Shown here piece after piece: positions 39,306 to 49,845 of a stretch of DNA of 64,000 nt. This DNA is from Hydrolagus affinis (lineage: Eukaryota): positions 1 through 64,000 of the forward strand of contig JAAILG010000411.1 of assembly GCA_012026655.1 (NCBI GenBank). The letters are read 5' to 3'. Below the pieces are notes generated by a model. The model worked only from the letters and a program-made list of their open reading frames with translations. It was not told the origin of the DNA and did no database searches. The stretch's first letter is position 1. Every line of letters begins with the position of its first letter. The position numbers and the translations under genes were made by a program.

Positions 39306-39430
39306 CCGCGCTTAGCCAACAAATATACAGTCAATTCACTTTACAATGTATTGTGTGAAGCACTTTGAGACGTTGAGAAGGTGTGAAAAGTGCTCTATCG
39401 AGTGCAAGGATTATTATTATTTATTATTAT
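39306..39430 (+). mobile_element. SINE 3' fragment abutting the 5' end of the L2
   Basis: CCGCGCTTAGCCAACAAATATACAGTCAATTCAC..GCAAGGATTATTATT. Confidence 0.9.
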
Positions 39431-39567
39431 CGGTCTGGTTTGGGATAGAGAACGGTGAGTTTGAATGTGAAGTGAGCGACACAGTTTTACCTTATACACA
39501 TAAAATGAATTTCTGATAGAAATGCTCTGCATAGCACACACATAGGAGGAATGTTAGCTGTGCTTAC

Positions 39568-39645
39568 CAGCTCTGCGTGCTCATTCATGTGCTCTGGCTA
39601 CAGTCATTTCCAATCAACCGCGAAATGCTCTCTGGACTCTCCTCG
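39568..39645 (-). other. Candidate 78-nt non-coding (5'UTR or poison) exon
   Basis: Minus-strand acceptor ttttctgccatttctttctctgctgttcag and donor CTG|gtaagc; stops in all three frames. Confidence 0.4.
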
Positions 39646-40329
39646 CTGAACAGCAGAGAAAGAAATGGCAGAAAAGCACTAAATGAATTATCCAACTCAG
39701 CAAAACTATCAGGACGCACGCACACACACACACACACACACATAGACATGAGCGGATGCTAGGAAATTACTGACAAATGCATCTTCAATAGTGGTTTCAC
39801 AAAAAGGTCACTAGTCTTTTTACAGTGTCTTTTTGACTTATTTTGTGGCGTGGGCATAGGTGAGGGGATGTAACTGAGAAGTGCATTGACTCCTCGGGTT
39901 CTTGTGTTAATTGTGGTTGTTGGTGTTTTAATCTGAGCCACAAGAACGAGCCGCTGTTTATCTGATCCGTGGCCTGGCGCCGTATTGACAGAGGTAAACA
40001 GAAGAGTCATCATAAATTACAACGGCCAAAGAGGAAAGAAAACGAAACACTGGCAATTGACACTATAAAATGTGGCTCTGTCAGCATCTTTGAGAGCAAA
40101 GTGGGTCAAATCAGCATTGCAGATGTAGTATTGAGTCCAGCCTGTACGTCCACAGCCTGTGACCAACCACCACCTCCTTTTTACCCCCAGCCCCACCCAC
40201 CCCCACGCTGCCAAAAAACAAAGAATGATATGATACTGACGTGAGCTTTTTTGACTACGATGAACATCGCAAAAGGCCTTTCTCGTGCTCCAATTAGATG
40301 GATTTCTGTTGGAAAATAATATATAGTTT

Positions 40330-40427
40330 GGGATGCGACATGTCAAGCGATTCACAGGACGGTGGAAGGCGATTTGGATGGACCTCGGTCTTTTGCCTAG
40401 CAAAGTCTTATGCTCTTATGTTCTTAC
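40330..40427 (+). mobile_element. CR1 3' end remnant
   Basis: GGATGGACCTCGGTCTTTTGCCTAG..TCTTATGCTCTTATGTTCTTA octamer tail. Confidence 0.65.
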
Positions 40428-40924
40428 TAACTAAACCCATTGCAGCTGCTATTCCAACCAAAGGATCCAATATGGAATGTAGATTGGCAAATAGGCAGAC
40501 ACACATTTTATCACTATCCATACTCATCTCAGAGGACTCGGTGCTTTAAAAATTCAGTTTTGGTTGTTGTTGCCGTGACTAAGCTTTGTCTGTGTTCTTT
40601 ATTTTGTTCCCGCGGCTTGGCTATGTGTTGGCTCTGTGACGCAGGAATGCCACCAAAGTTAACTACAGTGCGTACGTACATATCTAGGTGTTCTATGATG
40701 CACGATGCCACAGTCCCACTTTGACCCGAAGGTCACCAGTTGTAACTTCAGTGAAAAATGAAAATAATTCATGAACGATGGGAGGTACCCAGAAAGAAAT
40801 ATGCCCACGACACTCCCAGATGGAAGACCTTTCCGATGGGATATAAATCATGTCTCTATGTCATTCGGTTATTGAGATCCTTCTTGAAGCGCAGATGGAC
40901 ATTGTTGTTTTATTAGTATGGTTA

Positions 40925-40966
40925 TGTGTGTGTCTATGTATGTGTGTGTAAATGTCTGTGTGTGTC

Positions 40967-41002
<36 letters not shown>
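40925..41002. repeat. Compound (TG)/(TA)/(GA) microsatellite
   Basis: Seen directly. Confidence 0.9.
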
Positions 41003-41004
<2 letters not shown>

Positions 41005-41748
41005 ACGAGAAGATTTTCTCTTCCTCTTTTTGAGGTAAATATATCACAACTATATATAGTTGTATTATAAATTACAACTTTGGCCATTGTAATTTATGAG
41101 GAGTGGTTTGCCCCCCCCATCCTTTTCCAGCATTTTTTTTCATCTTAAAAATCTTCAAATCTATACAATATGTCGAACTGTAAAGTTCTCTGTGTCTTTT
41201 CATCTGCCTTGTTTGATGCAACTTTTTGGCGGGTAACGTTTCCTGAATATTGCAAAATCCTGTTTTGATATCTTTTGATTGAAAAAACGTGTTCCCTTCT
41301 GTGCGCAGCTTCCTGTTGCTATTTATACCCTATGTCGTGCTTCAGTGTGTTCACTGAGCTAAATAACGGATGTGAGACGGTTCACAGCTATTGATGTGCA
41401 AGCTGTATAATTAAGTCTGATTAAGCAATGCTTTTTCCATCCAGATCTCCCACATAACAGTCACTATTATATCCACACCTGGATCTGTTTGGGCAAAAAC
41501 GAATCCTAGTTGAAGTCAAACCTATGGTTGACTACCTTGCAAAAGACAGTGTTTAAATGCGGAGGGCAGAATGTTATTTCCAGATAATTTAGGTGTCCTC
41601 CACATGGAGTATCTCAGCTTGAGATGAATGGTTTCAAAACCCCAAAGTTTATAGAATCGTGCCTTAACCTTCTTAAAAAATTCTGGCCCAATTCTGTGCC
41701 TCACTGCAGAGCAAACAACTGTGACAACTGTGTTGGAGGATCATTTAG

Positions 41749-42129
41749 AATAATAATAATAATCCTGGCACTTTATATAGCACCTTAGCAAGTCTTTCAG
41801 ACATGCCAAAGAGCCTTCACAGAATATACAGTAAAGTGAATTGAGTGTATATTTTGTGGGAGAAACATGGCAGGGAATTGTGCATAGCAGTGTCCCACAA
41901 ACATTTGTGCATTGGGTGACCGAATTATTATTGTTATTATTTTTATATGATGAAGGGATTATTATCCTGGAAAAGTGATCTGCCAATCAACTAACAACTG
42001 GGCTCCTACTTACTGCCAGAGGCGTGTGGAGTGAGGAAACTTGTCCTACATTTCGCCCTGCTGGGAGTTGAACCCAGGTCCTCTCGCTTGCAAAGCAAGT
42101 ACTCTAACCACTAAACTACAGCACTCCAC
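41749..42129 (-). mobile_element. Full-length tRNA/Deu SINE, subfamily B
   Basis: Minus-strand head GGAGTGCTGTAGTTTAGTGGTTAGAG, extra segment, Deu core and tail. Confidence 0.9.
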
Positions 42130-42439
42130 ATTTGAAATGTGGGATAAGTTTGCATGCATACATATGTAGAACTCTGTCAGGTTTGAATCCACTTGGTCAG
42201 CTGGCTGAACCCCCCAAACGTTAAGCTACCAAGTACTAACCCCATTGCGTCTGTTAGAGATTTGTTTGAATACAGGGACGGGCAGTAATAATGCAAAATC
42301 ACTTTGACTGGCCAAATTGTCCTGTGAAGAACTCAAGTTTTTAAATCATCTTTAACCATGAGTAAGCCACTTGATTCAGAGAGCATTCGTATTGTTTCTT
42401 TACAAATAAAGTAAAATAAATGTAACTTATTTTATGTTT

Positions 42440-42612
42440 CAATAATAATAATAAAATTTGGTCATTTTCAATCCACCACTTTGTGAGACAATCGGCTACC
42501 GTATTTCGCCCACAAATATACAATAAATTCACTTTACAGTATACTCTGTGAAGCACTTTGAGACGTCAGTAAGATGTGAAAAGCTCTGCATCAAATGCAA
42601 GGATTATTATTA
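42440..42612 (+). mobile_element. 5'-truncated tRNA/Deu SINE
   Basis: AATTTGGTCATTTTCAATCCAC..CAAATGCAAGGATTATTATTA. Confidence 0.85.
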
Positions 42613-43397
42613 TGTTTTTTGTATTTAAAAAAAAAGTAATTTAGAGCTTTTAGGCAGCCTCTGCCTTTCTGTTACAGTTTTTGTTTCACTCCGTGCTATT
42701 CCCCTCCCCCATCCATATTTGTGTTCCATCAGTGAGCGCCGATGACCTTATCAGGTCTGGTGGGTTGGAGAGTTACTGGGCCTGTCAGCACAAAGGAGCT
42801 GAGCTGACAAATACAGTCAAAGTAGAAGTGCTGCAGGTTAATGACTTGTATCCCTCCTAATGCTAATTCGCTGGCCTCACACTGTCTAACTCCATATGTC
42901 ACCCAAGTCAGTGTCCCTGGTGATGTCTTCAGCAGACACAGCTGAAATGAGAATATCTGAACAGAAACTCGATTGAAATGGTGCAGAAGATATCTATTGT
43001 AATTGTTGTACACCAATTGTAGCAACGAGCCCTTCAAGTGGATCAAGCTATTATTGTGACGTGTTTTACCTCCAATATCCACCCCCTCTCACCCAACACC
43101 CCCTACACCAACCCCTGACTGTCTCTTTGTGAATTGGAGAGTGTTTGTAGATGTGTTTGTCTCTGGGGTTGGGGACGAGAGGATGGAGCCAACCTAACAT
43201 GAGGGGAACTTGTGTCAGGTCAGTACCTGACCAGACTGGATGGAACAAACGGGCCTTTATGTTATTCCTAAGTGATGGAGTCTGCAGGAACCTGTGACTG
43301 ATTATTGCTTCTTTTATTCAAACAGAGTGACTAATTCATGACAATGATATGACTATGGTGTTTATCACATAGATAGACTGAAATCAAACATTTCTTA

Positions 43398-43800
43398 AAA
43401 GAACATAAGAAGAGGAAAGAAGAGACTTATCAAGACAGTTCTGCCAGTTTACTATATCACGGCGGATCATTTAATCCCACTTCTCAGTCTTCTCTCCACA
43501 GCCTTTAATACTGGTACCAGCCAAATGTTTGTCAACCCCTCCAGCACCTTCGGACGTTCTCCTAACGTGAAAGGCATTATACAAGTGTAATTTTGTTGTT
43601 GTTGTTGTTTAAACATCCCAATTGATTCTGCCTCTTAAAACCTTCTAGGGCTGTGTTCCACATTCTCACAACTGTCCGCATGCAGAAATGTTTGCTGATG
43701 TCTTAATTAATTTGAAAGAGGTTTGTTTCTTCCCCCCACCCCCAGTGCCCCCCCCACACCTAAACCTCAACCCTTTGATTTGGCCGCTAGTTTGAATAAC
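43398..43800 (-). mobile_element. CR1 3' remnant with an L2 stub inserted at about 43541-43610
   Basis: AAGAACATAAGA tail; GTTCCACATTCTCACAACT antisense CR1 segment; stub AGCACCTT..AAAGGCATTATACAAGTG..(TTG)n. Confidence 0.6.
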
Positions 43801-44344
43801 TGCCTTTGGTATGTTACTAATGAGCGCTGAAGACTTATGTGAAAGCGGATGTTGAAGTTGCATCAGGAACCTCATTGAATGGGAAATGGAGGAAAAACCA
43901 AGTGCCTGTAATCTAATAATGATAATCCTTGCATTTGATGTAGGGCCTTATCAGGTCATCGAGACATCTCAAAGCACTTTATAGAATATTGTGTAAAGCG
44001 AATGGACTGTGTCTTTTGTGGGCAAACGTGAGAATGACTGGGCCATCATCCAATCTTGAGCGCTAGGAATTCACTGCGTGGCATGGGCAACATATTTGAC
44101 CATCTTTCAATTATCATTAATAACCGAAATTGACTTGACCACTTGCTCAGGCATTGCAAAGGGCAGCTCTCCATCTGTTGGGTTGTTACAGATGTTTTAT
44201 TTTATTTCTAGTTTTCATTTTTTTTGTCCCGGCATAATTCTATCTTGGATTTTATTTATTTGTTGGCGAGGGTTGTGGGATGGTTGTTTTGCAAATAACA
44301 TCAGTAAAATGTATGCCCTTGTCTTTTCTTGCTGTGAATGAGCA

Positions 44345-44367
44345 TATATATGTGCGTGTGTATATAT

Positions 44368-44401
<34 letters not shown>
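44345..44401. repeat. (TA)n-rich microsatellite
   Basis: Seen directly. Confidence 0.9.
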
Positions 44402-44402
<1 letters not shown>

Positions 44403-45174
44403 GTTAGTACAACTTTGATAACCAATGTTGCCTTTTTATTTTCTCCCTTTATCAATGTCAAGCTCTCCGTATGCTCAGCTAGTTCAGTTCACTTGCTCTC
44501 TCTGTCCATACTGCCGTCGGTACTTTGCTGCGTTTCATCTGTTCTTCTATAGCAGCAGCCTCATACTGTCTCCAAAAGCTCCCCTCTATTAATCATTCCT
44601 GATCTGCGCTGTCTTGTCTTTTCGTGCTCGGCTTTTCTTGAGCTCTCTCTCTCTCTCCCCCCTCTCCTTTCTCCCCTTCTGTTTCTCCTCTTCGCAAGAT
44701 TCTGTGTGCTTTAGTTTCATTTTTTTTCCCATTAGCCTCTGCCTCATTCATTATTTTATCCAGCCCAGAGGGGAATTTATTTTTAAGCTATCTTTTACCT
44801 TATTCTTTGTATTAATATTTATTTGTTTTTCTCCTGGGCACAGTTAGGGAAATAATTCTGTTTCAGTAGTTCATGTGACTTTTCTGCTTGTGTTTCCTCA
44901 GTCAGGATTAGTATCCTTCAATTTCCAGATCCATGCTTCCATATTTATCTTGCCATCCTCCCTATCTGTTAGATCTCACGTTAATGAGTGTCCTCGTATA
45001 TTTCTGCACTCTAAAGTTCATTAAATTCATTTAACAGACCCGCTCAAGGCTGTTTTTCACCCTATGTCTCGTGGTTTGCTCTTAATGGAGCCATGAGCAC
45101 AGCTTTTTAACAGCTGGTCAGTCTTCCACATCAATCTCTCGTCTCCTCTGCTCATCTAACTCCCGCTAGATCAA

Positions 45175-45425
45175 CGTGGATTCCCCCTCCATGCCACTGA
45201 CAGAGGCTGAGCCTTCTGCTACTCCAGCCCCCTCCCTGTCACCTCTGAAACTCCCTTCTTCTACCCCTCTGCCTCATTTTCCACTCTACCTAAGACCCAC
45301 CTTAAAACCTATTTTAGCCGACTGCACCTCTCACTTCCTCCCTCCCTCATTTCTCCCCAGCTCTAATAACCCGACCAACCCCACCACTGCGATGCCGTCT
45401 GAGACCTCACCCTACGCAAAGAATA
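45175..45425 (+). mobile_element. Highly decayed L2 3' fragment
   Basis: GAGCCTTCTGCTAC..CTCTGAAACTCCCTT..CTTAAAACC resembles the L2 RAFS..LWNSLP..LKT segment. Confidence 0.5.
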
Positions 45426-47609
45426 TATGGATTTTAAAAAAAACCTTTGTGGTGCTTCACTATAGTTTACTCTTACTGTCTCATTGAGGACCGTAGGAAT
45501 GTACAGGGAAGACCATTGCAGTACCAATTTCTTGGCGTACATTGTGGCTCCGTAATTTGCATGTTCTCTGAATCTTTCTCGTCTTTGATTGCCTGTTAGC
45601 CTCCTTTGCATGTTTCCAAGCTGTGTCAGTCAGTGTATCTTTACGGCTTTCCAGTCCACTCCAACTCATTTTGTTGTGACGTGACGTGACCAGACTCTGA
45701 CCTGCTGCATCTGAATTTATTTTAAATTCAACCTGAAATGGGCCAGAGTTGGCAGGATCGGAGGAAGCTGGATGGCAGGAGATTGTGGAGATGGAGTGAC
45801 AGGCAAGACTGTGGAAGCTTTTGAAAGAAAGCAAGGACATTTCATTGCTTCGCTTTGTGTTACAGAAGCAGTGGCATTTTTATACCGTGGTCGGTGCTGT
45901 GAGCTGCTACTGAAATCTTCTCGGGTTGTCTACAGCATTCCAGCCCCTCTCTTCTTGTCCTCTCCTTGACGTTGGCTTCGCGCTGATTGATTGCAAGATC
46001 AGAACCTCGAGAGCTGGCCCATTGCTGGGCTCCGCTCTTATTTTTCATGCATTTTAATTTACCCAAGTGAACGCATGTATATTTCAGAGGTTAATAGGAA
46101 TAATCGGCGTTGACATTGGAAAGGTTATGTTTGCAGTCGTTTTCCCTTTTTAAAACAAATTATTTCCGAGAGCTTTTTTATTTTCCTTCGGATTTTGAAA
46201 GAGTTTCATTCCGTTCTGCTGTTTACACACTTGCCTCTTAGTCAGAAAGCTTTGGGTTCAAACTCCTTATTGTAACTTTGAACCCACAAGTCCACGCTGA
46301 TGCTCCGGTATGGTGCCGGGTGTGTTCTACATTCTGCTCTGGGACGCTGCCCTGCTTGGAGGGTTGTGCTGTATAAGTGCAAGCTGTTGTTGTTATATCT
46401 AGCGAAGCGATTTGAAACTCCCTTTCGTAATTAAGTCAACAAAGCGACCGCTGACTTCAAATAGGCTGAGATGTGGGGGGCCGGGTTTTGACCGCGCGTT
46501 AAATGCCGTCACCCACAGCTGAATTAATATTAAATAGGTAATTTGAACACATTTCTGGAGCAGGTTTGCATCAGTGCACCGGAATTTCATCAGGCTGCCC
46601 AGGTGGAATTGGCTTTGTGCATCGCATACAAATGAGCTCCTGACTCACCCCCCAGGAAACTAAAGGGATGGAGGGCATTTGCAACTCCTAACCAAAGAGG
46701 ACTAGGTACAAGCAATCTTCGGTTATCCTTTATTCATATTCCGCTTGGAATTGGAGTATTAAATTTTGCATCCGATTGGACCAGGAGGAGCAAAATGCAA
46801 TGCAAAATGAGATCCTATTGACCCAGCAGTCTTGTGAATCGGGAAGAGATTTGCAAAATAAGGGAGGAACCATGGGGGTCAAATTGACGGCATTTTCATA
46901 ACCCATTCCTCACGCTGATTAACAAGGAGAGTGAGGTTAAGTAACCGATGCAAATTTGTATCCTCGTGTATTACTGTCTGCAATACTAAATGCAAGCCAA
47001 ACTTGCTTTTATATCACCTCTGCAAAACAAACTATTGTATCTTGAATCCTCTGCCAAGTAAAATAAATAATAATGTCCTTACGTTTGATGGCCTTATCAC
47101 GTCTTTGAGGTATCACGAAGCACTTCACAGAATATTCTGTAAAGTGAATTGACTGTATAGTTTGTAGGCGAAACGCAACAAAAAGATTAAGGTTGAAGAT
47201 CAGATTTCAATCCTGTTGTGTCAGCTTTGAAAACCACTGTTTCACCATCCACAATCTATAGTGTTTCCCTGGGAGCATAGAATATCACACAGATATTCAC
47301 AGTTCAGCACTACACATTACACTGAGAGGCAATGACTGCCACAACCAGTCTCCAGTTCAAAATCTCATGAGTGATTTTGATGCTTTTAAGAAATCTATGT
47401 TCCATACAGCATTAACAAGAAAAGGCACTCTTTCTGGATCAGCAGAAGGTCGCTTCAAGATCAGATATTTTCTCCCCATTTATGTTCATTTCTTTGCTTT
47501 GCACCTGATGAAATATGGCAATATTTCAGCTGGTTAATTTCAATGAATAAATCCACAGCAACGTTTCAGAGTTCTCACACTTAGAAATGTGTTGCTATAA
47601 ATACCATTT

Positions 47610-47829
47610 ATAATAATAATCCTTGCATTTGATATAGCACTTTTCATGTCTTCTATATGTCTCCAAGCGCTTCACAGAATATAGTGTAAAGTGAATTGAC
47701 TGTATATTTGTGGGCGAAACGCAGCAGCCAATTGCGCACAGCTGTATCCCACAAACAGTCACGGAGATTGAAATGACCAATTTTATTATTATATATTTTT
47801 TTGGAGGGATTATTATTAGTGGAGTAAGG
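47610..47829 (-). mobile_element. 5'-truncated tRNA/Deu SINE, subfamily A
   Basis: Near-consensus tail and Deu core. Confidence 0.92.
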
Positions 47830-47834
47830 TGATT

Positions 47835-48408
47835 TGATATAGTTTCTTTCACATCTGGAGGATGTCTCAAGGCGCTTGACAGAATGTATTGTATATTTTG
47901 TGGGGGAAACGTGGCAGCCAATTTCGTGCACAGCAGTGCCCAAAAATAGCCATGAAGTGAATGATCAATTTTATCTCTAAACAAAATTCGAAATACTGCA
48001 GATGCTGGAAATCTAAAACCAAAACAGAAATCTCGGGGAACAATCAGCGGGTCAGGCAACATCTATGAAAAAAGGAAAGTGAGTCAACGTTTCGGGGCCA
48101 CAAACCTTTGTTCTGATGAAGGGTCATGGACCTGAAACATTGACTCACTTTCCGTTCTCCATAAGCCTGGCCTGCTGAGTGTTCCCAGTGACTTCTGTTT
48201 TTTGTGACCTAAAGAACGTTGGGTTCTTTAAGATTTACCTGACCAGACTGACAGGAACTCAGTTGAACATGTCACCTGAAGGACACCACCTCTGACACTG
48301 TATTACAGAGTCAGCTTTTAAACGTTCAAAGTCCCGATGTCGGACTTGAACCCATAACCTTGTGACTTGAGAGGCACGAGTGCTACCAACTGAGCCAGGC
48401 TGACACTC
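47835..48408 (-). mobile_element. SacSINE1-like SINE split by a Penelope-type insert
   Basis: Tail and Deu core at 47835-47975; body and head at 48210-48408 (..GACTTGAACCC..GTGCTACCAACTGAGCCAGGCTGACAC). Confidence 0.8.
47991..48203. mobile_element. Penelope-type palindromic element
   Basis: Inverted arms GGAAAGTGAGTCAACGTTTCGGGGCCA / TGGACCTGAAACATTGACTCACTTTCC around TCTGATGAAGG; starts AAATACTGCAGATGCTGGAAATC. Confidence 0.75.
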
Positions 48409-49845
48409 ACTAGTGTGTTGGATGATATTATTTTCGAACCACTCAAAAATAATCTGGTGAATCCCACAGTGAAGCCAGAAACCCTCATGTAAAAATGATC
48501 AGGATTATACTTTTAATACATTTGTATTGGCGTGATGCAGTGAGCGAGCGCCTAAATAAATAATGCTTCTGTCAGCACCTCTGTGTCCACGTCACTCATG
48601 TAGACATTACCTTCTGATCCTCGTGAATGTTCAACAGAACTATTTTAGGCTGTTGCATATCCTCAGAGGAAGGAATGAGTAATTTAAGCAATGGCAGGAT
48701 CCAGTCCCTGAGTACTTCACAGTGGCCAGGAGAGATGCTCAGTAGAGGGAATGGGTGAGTGGGAGGTGACCTTAAGTCGAAGAGATAGGTTTCATTGCAG
48801 AGCTTGAAGACAGGTGGGGAGAGGGGAGGGCAGGAAGGTAAAGGGATGGTAGAGTGGTGGAGAAAGGGAATCCCAGAGGTTCAGGACATAGATTCGGGAA
48901 AATGTGTTGGATGTGTAATGTCCACCTGAACAGGCAGAGAATGAGCTGGAATCTGCCTACCACTGCCATAATTTGATATTTCCGCATTGTACACTCACCT
49001 GGCACCTGCAAATTCTGTACAGCCGCCAGCATCCATTTACTAATGGGTGGAAAGAATGATCTCCCCCACCCCCACGCACACAATTTCTTTCTGCAATTAT
49101 TTGGTGAAACAACCACTATTTGGACAAATATGTGAGTGAGAATTGCAGACGTAATTTCCTTGTCATTAATGTTGCAATTCATCCTTTTAAGCTTTCACCT
49201 TGAGCAGTTAGCGTCAAGTCAGAAATATGCTGCCGGTTGCTTTAGAGTTCTATGTTCGGATATTTTCAGAGATTGCTTCGCTCTAATCGACAGTGAATAT
49301 ATGCTGACAGACTTTTCAGGTCGAAATGAGGCAAAGAGACAGAAAATCCTGCTGTGTGCAAAACAGCTGCCATGTTTAAAAAGCAGTCACCAAAGTGAAT
49401 ATAATAATAATCCTTGCGTTTAGTATCGTGCCTAAACACATTGTCAAGATGTTTCAAACTGATTCAAGATTTGCTGTAAATTAGTGACACTATATTGCAA
49501 ATGTGTGTGTATATCTAAATACAGTAGAATACTTGGTGTTCGTACACTATTCACCGCTTAGCAATCATGTACTGTATTTTCCATTGATCATTCTTTGCAA
49601 ATGAATCGAATAGAGGACTTAACTACACAAGGCAACTGTTTTAGCCGACAAAGTACAAGTTACTACACTCTGAGGTAAATCCTGCGAAGTGCTTTGCGAA
49701 TACAATGATTATTATATTTTTAGATTTTTTAAATTTAAATGTACTTTTCAATCTTCACTACTTGGCAGTAATAACTGTAGTAATAACTGTAAGTAATAAT
49801 AACTGTAATTAACTGTAATAATAATAATAATCCTTGCATTTGATA

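Noticed and set aside
40298-40549. ORF and ACTAAC..TTGCAG acceptor as a coding exon
   Set aside because: It overlaps a CR1 3' tail, has no pyrimidine tract or good donor, and the peptides are unrecognised.
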